A DNA stretch of 64,000 nucleotides. Origin: an uncultured Planctomycetota bacterium (lineage in GTDB: Bacteria; Planctomycetota; Planctomycetia; Isosphaerales; Isosphaeraceae). Positions 53,206 through 63,294 of the stretch are shown in pieces (position 1 is the first letter of the stretch; every line of letters starts with the position of its first letter). The notes below the pieces were generated by a model. It was given only the letters and a program-made list of their open reading frames with translations. It was not told where the DNA came from and searched no databases. The stretch is taken from assembly GCA_963823665.1 (NCBI GenBank), contig CAWGMQ010000003.1, positions 256,001 to 320,000 of the forward strand, read 5' to 3'. The position numbers and the translations under genes are program-made.

Positions 53206-55107
53206 TTGATGAACATCACCGGGGCCAAGGCAGACGACTTCCTCACAATTAGCCCGAGGGTCCGGGTCATGCCGGTCATCCACGGCTCGGGTGATTTCGC
53301 CGTCCAGGTGCGGGAAGAGCTGCTTTCGCGGCCCTATGACTGTGTGGCGGTGCCGCTGCCTCCTTCCTTTCAGGACGACGTCGAAGCGGCGATCGAGCAG
53401 CTTCCGCGGATTTCAATCGTCGTCCAGGTCGACTCGGAGACGGGCGAGTCGGAGGGCGAGGCCGAGGGCGGCTTCAGTTACGTGCCGATCGACCCCTGCC
53501 AGGGCGTGATCGCGGCCTTGCGCACCGCGCGTGGCGAGCGGATCGCGCGCGAGTTCATTGATATGGAGACGCCGCGATTCGTGGCGGTCTCCGGCACGTT
53601 TCCCGATCCCTACGCGCTCAAACGCGTGAGCCCGAGGTTGTTCTCGGCCGCTCTTCTCTATGCGGTTCCGCGGCCGTTGCCCGGCCAGAGCGCGGATCGA
53701 ATCAACTGGATGGCCGCGCGGCTCAAGGAGCTCGAATCGCAGTACAAATCGATCCTCCTCGTTTGCTCGATCCTGGACTGGCCCTGGATCCGCGAAGCCT
53801 ATCAGATCGGGACGCCGCCGCCGGAGCAGGAGACGTTCTTCTCGCCGATTCTGTCATTTCCGGTCGACCCCAAGAACCTGATCTTCGCGCTGGGAGAGTT
53901 GCCGTACATCACCAGTCTCTACGAGCGCGGGCGAGTCGAGCTGCTGCCGGATGACAACCTCTCGGTCGACGGCATCAAGGAGATGGTGCTCGACGCGCGC
54001 AAGAAGCTCAAGGAGAAGCACCCCAAGATTGCCGACCGTATCACGCCGCAGATTCTGTCGATCTATTTCCGGTATATCCGCAACCTGTCGCTGCTGGATC
54101 GCCGGCTGACGCCTGATCTCTACACTTTGATCGTCGCGGCCAAGCAAACCGCCGGCGACGATTTCGCCCTGGCGCTGGCCGAGACGGCTCGTTCCTACCC
54201 ATGCTTGGAGCAAGCTTCGGACTCTGGCGCGGGTTTCGAGTTTGACGAGCCCGGCTTCGCCCGGCTGGGAATCAACCAGGGCGAGCTACCCGTCTGGGGA
54301 GCGGGCCCGATGGTCAGCCGACTGCCGGGCCAGGCGCTCTCGTGGCGCACGTGCGAGCTGCGGCCCAAGCCACAAAAATCCGAGCAGGCGCAATGGCGAC
54401 AGCGCTGGAACCCGTTCGGGATGTGCTCCTATCCTCCCGAGGATGACAAGATCGAGAGCTTCCATCGCCACGTGCGCGATCAGGCCAAGGCGATCCTGGG
54501 GGCAGACCTGGCGCGCACCGAGAAATTCACCACGAGCGTGCGTGACGGGATCGACATTCGAGAGACCTTGCGCAACTGGCACACCGGCGAGCTGTACGTG
54601 AAGGTCGTGCCGCCTGGCCGCGGCTCGATCGAGGTTGTCGTGTTCCTGTTCGACCTTCCGGCTGATCCCGAGATCTACACAAACCGCACCACCTGGTACG
54701 CAGAGCATCTCGAGGAATCAACCCTGGCTTTCTATGCCACCGACCCGATGAAGAACCTGGTCGGCCCGGGAATCGCCCAGGCTGAATATGGCGGCGCGCT
54801 CTTCATCTTTCCGCCGCGGCCGATCCCCGATATCTGGACCGACCGGCGGCTCAATTTCGTCGATACGCTCGAGGAACGGCTGCTCGCGGCCGCGTTCCTG
54901 CACAGCCAGGACCGGCACGTTGCGGTCGTGAGCCCCAAGATTCCGGCGGGCTCGTGGCGCAGGCTCGCGCGCCGGTTCGGCCGGAAGATCGTCCACGTGC
55001 CGCTCAAGCGCTTCGGCGGCCAGATGCTCGAGCGTTTGCGCACCTTCCACGTCTTGAACGGCAAGCACGTGCGCTCGTACGCGGCCGATTACATTCGCGG
55101 TCTGTAA
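53206..55107 (+). CDS. Conserved-looking hypothetical protein (633 aa)
   Basis: Intact ORF with GC-rich third codon positions; N-terminal pattern PVIHGS..VAVPLP..IDME..WMAARL..ILLVC recalls TraB/TIKI-like folds. Confidence 0.8.
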   Translation: MMNITGAKADDFLTISPRVRVMPVIHGSGDFAVQVREELLSRPYDCVAVPLPPSFQDDVEAAIEQLPRISIVVQVDSETGESEGEAEGGFSYVPIDPCQGVIAALRTARGERIAREFIDMETPRFVAVSGTFPDPYALKRVSPRLFSAALLYAVPRPLPGQSADRINWMAARLKELESQYKSILLVCSILDWPWIREAYQIGTPPPEQETFFSPILSFPVDPKNLIFALGELPYITSLYERGRVELLPDDNLSVDGIKEMVLDARKKLKEKHPKIADRITPQILSIYFRYIRNLSLLDRRLTPDLYTLIVAAKQTAGDDFALALAETARSYPCLEQASDSGAGFEFDEPGFARLGINQGELPVWGAGPMVSRLPGQALSWRTCELRPKPQKSEQAQWRQRWNPFGMCSYPPEDDKIESFHRHVRDQAKAILGADLARTEKFTTSVRDGIDIRETLRNWHTGELYVKVVPPGRGSIEVVVFLFDLPADPEIYTNRTTWYAEHLEESTLAFYATDPMKNLVGPGIAQAEYGGALFIFPPRPIPDIWTDRRLNFVDTLEERLLAAAFLHSQDRHVAVVSPKIPAGSWRRLARRFGRKIVHVPLKRFGGQMLERLRTFHVLNGKHVRSYAADYIRGL

Positions 55108-55121
55108 TTCCTGGAGGCTCG

Positions 55122-56148
55122 ATGTCCCCTGCACTTTTATTGCTGGCCTGTTCGGTTGCGATTCAAGCGGGGCAGGACGTCAAGGCAACCGAGCCTTTTG
55201 ACGCCCCCAAGTACGGCCTGGCGACCAGGATCCCCGAGGAGTGGAAGATCGCCGCGCGCGAGGAGGACGACCGCGTCTTCGTGGCGATCATTCCGCAGGC
55301 TGACTTCGACCGCCCGGGCATCGCGGCTTGCGAGCTGGCACTGGCCCCGCAAAGCCTGGACGAGTATCGCACCCGCATTGACACAGGCGCCAAGAAGAAC
55401 GGGCGACCCAGTGGCAAGCTTGCCTCGAACAAGCTCATCAAGGACGATCGCGGCGAGCGGCTCGAGACCGTGTGGGAGCTCCATCCCGATGCAGGCGGCT
55501 TCTGGCGCGAGATCAGCGTGCGGATCATTGCCAATCGCCAGCTCTACACGTTCATCCTGAACGTCGAAGACTCAGTTTATGCGAAAACCCGCCCGGCCTT
55601 CGACGCCCTCCTGGCCGCCACCAAGTTCACCCCACCCAACACGGGCGCCGACTTGCTGGCGAAGGAAAAGAACTGCTGGATCCAGCGCGAGTACCGCTTC
55701 GCACTGGAGCTTCCGCAAGGCTGGCAGCCGGCGCTGGCACCGAGCGAAATCGCGCTGCTCTTCGCCAATGGGCCTGCCACGGGTATCTGGTCCGACAATC
55801 TCCTGGTGCTCGCGCATCCGCATCGCAACCACGATCTGGAAGAACTCGCCAAGCTCCTTCCTGAGCAGCTCAAGCAAGAAGATCCGAAGTGTCAGCTCAT
55901 CGCGTGCAAGGTCATCGCGCAGGGCGAAAGGAAGGCGACTTGAGACCGTCGTGCGAACCGACAGAGGGCCGTTCTCGATGACCGTCATCGAGCGCCGTTT
56001 CCGCGGCGACCGGTTCGACTACGAAGTCAAATTCACGGTCGAAACCAAGCGCTTCGATGAACTTGAGCCGAAACTTCGTGAGAGCCTCGAGAGCTTCCGG
56101 GAGATGCCGGGCGATGTTCCGGGGGCGGCGAAGGCCAAGGCGGCGTGA
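55122..56148 (+). CDS. Exported hypothetical protein with two PsbP-like repeats (frameshift near 55935)
   Basis: GGAGG RBS, signal peptide, YGLATRIPEEW / YRFALELPQGW duplication. Confidence 0.65.
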
Positions 56149-56151
56149 GTG

Positions 56152-56174
56152 CTCGGGCGTAAGCCCGATCCGCG
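56152..56174. repeat. REP-like hairpin between convergent genes, identical to 6382-6404
   Basis: CTCGGGCGTAAGCCCGATCCGCG. Confidence 0.75.
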
Positions 56175-57359
56175 TCATTGCAGAATTTCGCGTTGGTGCT
56201 GGCTTGCCGGCTTCGCATTCGGCTCCGGTTTGCGCACTGCAAATCGCAGGGCTTGCAGAATCACGAACAGTACGAGCAGTGGTGGAATGGCATAGGCGAT
56301 GTAGATCGTCCATCCCAGGCCCAGCGGCGGCCCGGCCAGGGCAAGGGGAAGGACCAAGATCGATACGATGAACAGCATGCAGCCGGTCGAGGTCATCACG
56401 GACTTGAAGCTGGTCTCTTCGCTGATTGCTTCGTAATGAAGGTCAACAGTGCGGCCCTTGCGCAGGCTGCGGGCGGTGGCCTCGGCTAGTTCCATCGATC
56501 GGGTCGCGTCGTGCAGGGTTGGACCGTGTGGATCGCTCGAAGCGAGCCTTCCAGTGGCCGCGAGCAGCGCAGAGAAGATGGCCTCGTGCCGATCCCATGG
56601 GTCAAGCGTCTGGCTGACCGGCGGATCCGACCCTGACTGGCGGACGAGGACCGCAGGCGCGTCGAGCGCCGAGTCGAATTCGAGCGTCCAGGTTCCGGTC
56701 GTGCCGCTTGCGGACAGGCGATTCACCGACTCGTGACCCGGGCGGATTCGCAGCTCGGCCCGGCGCTGCTCGGCGGCACGAAGCTGGACGATCAGCTCGA
56801 GATCCGGGTGATCGCCGGGCGGGTCACCGGTCGCCGAGAGCGCCTCGATGTCGCCCAGGAGCGCGCGAATGACGTCGACCATTCGAGGAAACACGACTCG
56901 GGCGAGATCGACGCCCTCGCCTTCAGACACGGTCTCCAGGCGCACGCTTCGAATGGTACCTAGCTCGCCGGAGGCGAGCGCGTCGCGTATTGCCGAGACG
57001 CCGGGATGAAGCCGCAACGGCAGGTCCGGGACGATGACGGCGCCTGTCTCGGCGCGGCTCAGGGCAACCTGGTAATAAGGCTCGGAGTCGGCCCCCGCCG
57101 GGTGGAGACAGATGATGGCGATTCCTTCGGCGGCGCAGCGCCTCAGGTACTCGCCGCGAAGCTCGATCGGGCCACCGACGATCACAAAGTCGACGCCCGG
57201 GCGCGCGAGCAGGTCGTCGAGGTCGTTCGCGCGAGGAACGAGCTCCAGTCCCGGCTCGGAAAATCCCGGAAACGCAGCAGCGATTTGAAGATCGTTCTCG
57301 AGCAGCCAGTGCGCCCAGTCTTGCTCCTCTTCATCGTTTCCGAGAATAACGCCGTTCAT
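56175..57359 (-). CDS. Gfo/Idh/MocA-like oxidoreductase-fold protein with C-terminal TM helices
   Basis: DLDDLLARPGVDFVIV, LRLHP, GELGTIRSV, PTLHDATRSMELAEA. Confidence 0.7.
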   Translation of the reverse strand: MNGVILGNDEEEQDWAHWLLENDLQIAAAFPGFSEPGLELVPRANDLDDLLARPGVDFVIVGGPIELRGEYLRRCAAEGIAIICLHPAGADSEPYYQVALSRAETGAVIVPDLPLRLHPGVSAIRDALASGELGTIRSVRLETVSEGEGVDLARVVFPRMVDVIRALLGDIEALSATGDPPGDHPDLELIVQLRAAEQRRAELRIRPGHESVNRLSASGTTGTWTLEFDSALDAPAVLVRQSGSDPPVSQTLDPWDRHEAIFSALLAATGRLASSDPHGPTLHDATRSMELAEATARSLRKGRTVDLHYEAISEETSFKSVMTSTGCMLFIVSILVLPLALAGPPLGLGWTIYIAYAIPPLLVLFVILQALRFAVRKPEPNAKPASQHQREILQ

Positions 57360-57490
57360 CGTGAAATCATCGCTCCTTTGGCTTTTGGACCATCATAGGC
57401 CAAAGGTCAGGACCGATCCATGACAGTCAGGACGCAACTGAGTTATGATCAGCGATCGGAAGGTGCGGAGTCCATTCCGGGTGGAATTCA

Positions 57491-58681
57491 TTGATGGTGA
57501 TCGACGGCATGAACAGACGATCGCCCATGGTCCTCGGTAAGATCGCGGCCATCGCGTTGCTCACGCTGGCAATCGATTGGAGCGTGAGGCAGGCGTTGCT
57601 GCGATCTTACCATTTCGTCTTTCGGGAAGAGCTGACCGATGCAGTCACTCACGTCCATTTTCACATTCCGTTCATCCTAGCAATTCTCATGGAGTTATTC
57701 ATTTGCCGAAGCACGATCGCTAACTGGATTGGTGGGCTGTGCCTGTGGTGCTCGTTCGGTCTGTTCGCGGCGTACGCGACTGCTTGTTCACTTACATTGA
57801 GAGATCTGGGGCATGCTCAGGAGCTCATCAAGGGCGGATGGATATGGGCGGTCGCGATCATCGATCTTGGCGCGATCGGCTATTTCTGGTTGCTTCTACC
57901 TTTCAGATGTCCCGCCTGCCAGAAGAGGGGCTTCGTCACGCACTGGGTCGAGGACTGCAAGGCGACCCAGGGCAAGTGTGTGCGATGCGGCCAAGCTTTC
58001 TTCAGGTGTCGGGGCGAGCGGTCATGGTCGCCTGGCGAGCCGCCAACGAGAAAGCAGCCCATCATCCCGCCCGAGTCTGAGATGTTCCCCGGAATGATGG
58101 GTGCGGAGCTCCGCGCCGCGAAACGTGGCCGGCCTGCGATCGATCCTGATACCGGCGCGCTTCAATTCCGTTATGATCGATTTGCTTCGTCCACTTGTCT
58201 TGCTCTCGCGATCGCCTTTCCCATTCTGTTCTACGCTTGTCTCGTGCTAAGGCCAGATCGACCGACCGCCGCGCCGCAGGGTTTTCTGGTGCTGTCATGC
58301 GTTTTCGCGCTAGGGACCGCAATGTTCGTCGCCCTGACATGGCACTTCAGACGGTTTTCACTGATCGTATCGCGCGACGGGCTGTTATGCCGGCCGCCCT
58401 GGAAAACAGGTCGCTTGCTGCGCTGGGATGACATCCATGAGTTGTCATACAGCAAGGAGAGCATATGGCTGGGCGCATGGTTCACAATCCGCGCCACGGA
58501 CGGGTGGAAGTTCCGGGTATCGATTCTCGTCCCGGGCCTTTCCGAGTTTCTCGGGCAATGCGAACAACATCTGTCAAGAGAGGCGTTGTTGAAGGCGAGG
58601 TTGGGTTTCCTTCGGCTGGACCGCATGTTTCCAGCGCCGGGCGACGAGTCGGTTGCCAACGAAGTCGGGTCTGCGCCTTGA
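57491..58681 (+). CDS. Membrane protein with CxxC..CxxC zinc ribbon and PH-like C-terminal domain
   Basis: Four N-terminal TMs, CPAC..CVRC, two TMs, then LIVSRDGL..LRWDDI. Confidence 0.65.
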   Translation: MMVIDGMNRRSPMVLGKIAAIALLTLAIDWSVRQALLRSYHFVFREELTDAVTHVHFHIPFILAILMELFICRSTIANWIGGLCLWCSFGLFAAYATACSLTLRDLGHAQELIKGGWIWAVAIIDLGAIGYFWLLLPFRCPACQKRGFVTHWVEDCKATQGKCVRCGQAFFRCRGERSWSPGEPPTRKQPIIPPESEMFPGMMGAELRAAKRGRPAIDPDTGALQFRYDRFASSTCLALAIAFPILFYACLVLRPDRPTAAPQGFLVLSCVFALGTAMFVALTWHFRRFSLIVSRDGLLCRPPWKTGRLLRWDDIHELSYSKESIWLGAWFTIRATDGWKFRVSILVPGLSEFLGQCEQHLSREALLKARLGFLRLDRMFPAPGDESVANEVGSAP

Positions 58682-58755
58682 GTGCCAGTGCTATCACGCC
58701 GTCCAACAAGTGCGGCATTGACGCCAAACACGAATGAGATGGAGGGATCCGAGCC

Positions 58756-59337
58756 GTGCCCGTAGATTACTTTCCGAATTATCACGCGACATTGCTCTGC
58801 CGCGCAGCTCCGCAAGGATTCAGCACGGCCGCCCTGCTCTGCCGCGTCATTCCGGCCAATATCGCGGTGGATCTTAATCAGACGGACAAATGGCTGCATT
58901 TCGATGACAGCGCTTTCCTTGCGGGCGTTGAGCATATTGAGACATCCTGGGCATCCGTCGAAGCGGGCATCCGTCGCATGTCCAATTTTGGCAGGCTCAC
59001 ACACACCGTCCAGGACTTCTACTCCCACTCGAACTGGGTCGAGCTGCACCAGCACCTGAGCCCCCTGCCCGTCTGGGACCTGACAATTGCGGGTCTTCCG
59101 GCAGCCGCTCACACCGGCACGTATCCGGGTCGCAACCGTCGGCCCGGTCAGACCACGCCGACGCACGGCGAGCTGAACAAGGATTGCCCCTTTGGGTGGT
59201 TCTCACCATCGGGCGCCCGCGTCGTCGCCGAAGGACCGAACCGCGGGAAGACGCTGTTCGAGCTGGGCTATCAAGCGGCCCTCGCGGCTACGCGAGTGCA
59301 GTTTGATCGACTCATACGTGTACTCTCGCAGGATTGA
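58756..59337 (+). CDS. Stand-alone Het-C/VWA7-N-like domain protein (Zn-dependent phospholipase C/P1 nuclease fold)
   Basis: ANIAVD, HFDD, GRLTHTVQDFYSHSNWVE, HGELNKD; GGAGG RBS. Confidence 0.75.
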   Translation: MPVDYFPNYHATLLCRAAPQGFSTAALLCRVIPANIAVDLNQTDKWLHFDDSAFLAGVEHIETSWASVEAGIRRMSNFGRLTHTVQDFYSHSNWVELHQHLSPLPVWDLTIAGLPAAAHTGTYPGRNRRPGQTTPTHGELNKDCPFGWFSPSGARVVAEGPNRGKTLFELGYQAALAATRVQFDRLIRVLSQD

Positions 59338-59447
59338 CCACTTGCCTTACGCGCGGCGATAATGCCTGGATTACGGCCTGGAACTCACGAAGGGCGATCC
59401 GATTGATCGAGCGAGACCTGGAATTCGTGCAGCGGGGATCGACGCAG

Positions 59448-60383
59448 GTGTTCTCGATTGACGGATCGGGTGATATTCCCGAAAAAGCCAGGGGCGCGAT
59501 CGTTACCGTCGGCAACTTCGACGGCGTGCATCGAGGCCACCAGAGGCTGCTCGGCCGGGCGAGAGAGAGAGCCGACGCGGCGGGCGTGCCGGCGCTTGCG
59601 ATCACGTTTGATCCGCACCCGGTGGCCTTGCTGCGGCCCGAAGCGGCGCCTGTGCCGCTGGTCTGGCTCGAGCGCGAAGTCAGCCTGCTCCAGGAAGCCG
59701 GTGCATCACTGGTCGGCGTGTTTCGCACCGGGCGGTGGCTGCTGGAGCTCACCGCTCGCGAGTTCTTCGACAACATCTTACGGGAAAAGCTTGGCGCCCG
59801 CGGGATCGTCGAAGGGCCGAACTTTGCGTTCGGCCACGATCGCCTGGGAGATGTTCGCACGCTCGGCGCCTGGTGCAGCGAGGCGGGCATCGGTTTCGAG
59901 GTGGTCGAGCTAGCGGACATCGACGGCCAATTGATCTCGTCTTCGCTAATTCGCCAATGCATAAGCGAGGGAGACGTCGCCCTGGCCAGGCAATACCTGG
60001 GCCGGCCGCATCGAATTCGCGGCATTGTTTCAAAAGGAGCAGGCCGCGGGGCAACGATGGGTTTTCCGACGATCAATCTGGTCGGCACAGACACGCTTGT
60101 TCCAGCGGAAGGGGTGTACGCCGGGCTCGTCCGGATCGGCGGCGACGAACAGCCTTATCCGGCGGCGTGCAACATCGGGCCGAACCCGACGTTCGGCGAG
60201 CTTTCCAGGAAGATTGAGGCGCACCTGATCGGCTTCTCCGGCGACCTCTACGGAAAGCAGGTCGAGCTCGATTTCCTGGAACGCCTTCGATCGACCCGCA
60301 AGTTTGCGGGGAAAGAGGACCTGCTCAAGCAGATCGCCACGGATGTGGACGCGGCCAGGCGAATTTGTGTCCCAGGGCGCTAG
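59448..60383 (+). CDS. ribF: Bifunctional riboflavin kinase/FAD synthetase
   Basis: GNFDGVHRGH, TFDPHP, ISSSLIR, GFPTIN, NIGPNPTF, EAHL. Confidence 0.95.
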   Translation: MFSIDGSGDIPEKARGAIVTVGNFDGVHRGHQRLLGRARERADAAGVPALAITFDPHPVALLRPEAAPVPLVWLEREVSLLQEAGASLVGVFRTGRWLLELTAREFFDNILREKLGARGIVEGPNFAFGHDRLGDVRTLGAWCSEAGIGFEVVELADIDGQLISSSLIRQCISEGDVALARQYLGRPHRIRGIVSKGAGRGATMGFPTINLVGTDTLVPAEGVYAGLVRIGGDEQPYPAACNIGPNPTFGELSRKIEAHLIGFSGDLYGKQVELDFLERLRSTRKFAGKEDLLKQIATDVDAARRICVPGR

Positions 60384-60388
60384 CGCAA

Positions 60389-62287
60389 TCACGCATTCCT
60401 GCGCTGTTCGTAATACTGGCTCAAGAGCAGAATGCGCTTGACCTGGCGCGCCACCACGTACCCGATCAGAAGCACTCCGGCCACGAAGATGTTCGCATGG
60501 ACGAGGTCGGGGCTGGGATTCCAGAGGGGCTTTCCGTCGCGCCAGGAGAAGGCGGCGTCCAGGTAGAGCCAGATGCAGGCCAGCATCGCCATCGCAGTCG
60601 TGAGCCAGACCAGCCAAACCCGCCACCAGAGGCCGGATGCGGCCACCAGGATGGGATAGCCCACCAGCAATGTGGTCACGATCCGGACAACGGGCGCGCC
60701 GTCGGGCACCAGGCGTTCCACGTGCTCGAACAGCTTGATCTCCGTGGTGACGAACACAATATCGGCGGCTGACCAGAACACCCGAACGCGATCGGTTTGC
60801 CATCCGGCACGCGTCATGATCTGAAACAGGATCGCCGAGAAGGCCCAGAGCGCGAGCACGCCCTGGATCGTGTAATGGTGGCGAAAGTCCGGCGTGTCCG
60901 AGACGAAGTAATAGTTGAACTGGGCGATCAGCGCGACGAGGAAAAGCCCGCCTAGCCGCGCGACTAACTCGGGCTCGCGGCGCTGCCAGCGCCTCAGGCG
61001 CGGAAGGAACGACGTGGCGTCGATCACTTCGCCCTGAAGGTGGCGCTCGAGCTCCTCAGCGAGGGCCAAGGCCGAGGGATAGCGCTCCTTGGGATCTTTC
61101 TCCAGGCATTTGAGACAGATCGTTTCGAGCTCCCTGGGAGTCTCCGGCCGAAGCTCCCGCGGCGGCAGAGGATCTCGCTCGAGCACTTCGACCACGGTCT
61201 CCATCACCGTCGGATTGCGAAAGGGAGGCACGCCGGTCAACAACTCGTACAGGATCGCCCCCAGGCCGTAGACGTCGGTGGCGGGCGAAAGGCTCTTGCG
61301 GGCGCCGGAGGCCTGCTCGGGTGCCATGTAGCTGGGCGTTCCCAGGATCGCACCGCTCAAGGAGAGCGAGCTATCCTCGCTGGCGCGCTTCGCCAGGCCG
61401 AAATCGGTGACATAAGGCCGGCCGTCACGCTCGAGCAGGATATTCGATGGCTTCAAATCGCAATGAAGAAAGCCGTGCTCGTGGGCGAAGTGGACCGCCC
61501 GAGCCACCGTGGCCACGAGCCGAGCGGCGGCTCGCGGCTCTAACGCCGATTTTTCTCGAGCTTTTTCCTTGATCAAATGAGACAGGCTCTGACCTTCGAT
61601 GAGCTTCATGCTGAAGAAAGGGCAGCCTTGAAACTCGGACACTTCATAGATTGGAACGATATTGGGATGGTCGAGGTTGGCAGCCAGCTCGGCTTCGCGG
61701 AGAAACCGCTCTCGCTCTTCGTTGCTGGCCATCTGGCCGGTGAGGATCATCTTGAGCGCGACCAGCCGCTTGACCGGCTTCTGCCGCGCCTTTTAGACCA
61801 CGCCCATGCCGCCGCGAGCGATCTCCTCGAGCACCTCGTACTCGCCGATCCAGCCGAATGAACCGGCCGCCCCTCCGGGAAAGCTTGCTGAATCGCCCGG
61901 TCGCGGAGGCAGAAACGCCGTGGGAAGATCGCCGGGAGAGAGGAACTGAGGATCTTTTGCGATCGAGCGGCCGAGCCCGGATGAGCCGGCGGTTGTCGCG
62001 CACTCGGCGAATGCGGCGTCAATATCGCTCATGGCTTCGGGAAACCGGCTCGTGTAGCCGGCACGCGTGGGGGATTGACCCGAGGAGTGCTTCATCTCCA
62101 ACTCGAGAAACAGCAGTTCGCGAAGCAACATCCTTCGGTCATCCGGGCAGGCGCAGTCCAGGTAATCCTCGATCCGGGGCCAATTGCCTTGGCGGGCGCA
62201 GGCTTCGAATTCTTCGCACAGCAAGTGGATGCGCTGCGCTTGCTCGAGATCGCCGGGCGAGTTCACGTCGAGGGAGTCGCCGGCCAT
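60389..62287 (-). CDS. Ser/Thr protein kinase with C-terminal membrane domain (frameshift near 61795)
   Basis: ORF 61793..62314 ends in ARGGMGVV; ORF 60389..61750 has HCDLKPSN, DFGLAK, GTPSYMAPEQ and about six TMs. Confidence 0.9.
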
Positions 62288-62928
62288 CAGGCCACCTCTC
62301 CGCGCGCGAGCCATGTCTTGCGGATCAATTCCAATCGCCGGGCGACGGTGCGGCGGGCGCAGCCGAGCTGGGCGGCGATCTCGTCGTTGTTGTAGCCTTC
62401 CATGCGGCAGAGGGCGACCTGGCGCAACGAATCGTCATCGAGGGCTTCGAGGAGGATGCGGCACTGCTCGGCCATCATCGCGGCGAACTCCGGAGTCGGC
62501 CCCTCGGCGGCGACCTGCTCGAGACCTGCCAGGGGCCCCGCGCTCACGTCGCCTTCGTGGCCAAAGAGCACCGCTTCGGAGACGACGCGTCCGCCGCCGC
62601 GTTTCTGTCGTGCATTTCGATTGGCCTGGGCCATCGCCTTGCGGGCGGTGATCACGACCAGGAGCCGCCAGAGATCATCCCGATCGGCCAGTTGCGGGAA
62701 CTTACCCCGCGCGGCGCCGGTGCAGAAACTGTTGAACGCGCTCAGGGCCGCATCTTCCTCATCCTCGCCGGCACCGGCGGGCCGCATCTTCTTGAGCTTG
62801 GTCCTGGCAACCACAACCAGCTTGGCGAAGTAGCGCTCCCAGAGCGGCTGCGCCGCGGCCTGATCGCCGTCCTTCAGCTCGCCGAGCCATCCCGTGATCG
62901 AATGACCATCCTCGTCCGACATTGCCAT
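62287..62928 (-). CDS. ECF-type RNA polymerase sigma factor
   Basis: GDQAAAQPLWERYFAKL, DEEDAALSAF, MEGYNNDEIAAQLGCARRTVARRL; TGATG overlap with the kinase. Confidence 0.9.
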   Translation of the reverse strand: MAMSDEDGHSITGWLGELKDGDQAAAQPLWERYFAKLVVVARTKLKKMRPAGAGEDEEDAALSAFNSFCTGAARGKFPQLADRDDLWRLLVVITARKAMAQANRNARQKRGGGRVVSEAVLFGHEGDVSAGPLAGLEQVAAEGPTPEFAAMMAEQCRILLEALDDDSLRQVALCRMEGYNNDEIAAQLGCARRTVARRLELIRKTWLARGEVA

Positions 62929-63294
62929 CCTCGTCGTCTCCGGCGGGTTTGCCGCCGCGATTGGGTTCCAGACGCCGCGCCTCGCACCTCCAGACCTCGT
63001 TATTGTAACCGCGAAATGGCCGCACGCCACTCACGGCGCGCGGGAGCCAATCGGCGGGGTCAGGGGTCACGCCGAAGGTGGGTTGTCGCCCGTGATGGCA
63101 CACAACGGCCGGATTTGAGCATGAAACACTCTAGGAGACGCTCCAGCCCGGGCTGCAATCCGCAACCGTGCATGCTCTCTCCATCCGGGAAAGTTTGAAT
63201 TCCGACGTATTTCCTCGTGATTCCCAGGCGACTTGTGAAGGATAATTGAGTCGGCAGATTCAACCTCCATGCTGATTCATCGGGAGACGGGGTC

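Noticed and set aside
61858..63198. 446-aa plus-strand ORF
   Set aside because: Antisense to the ECF sigma and kinase genes; low-information composition.
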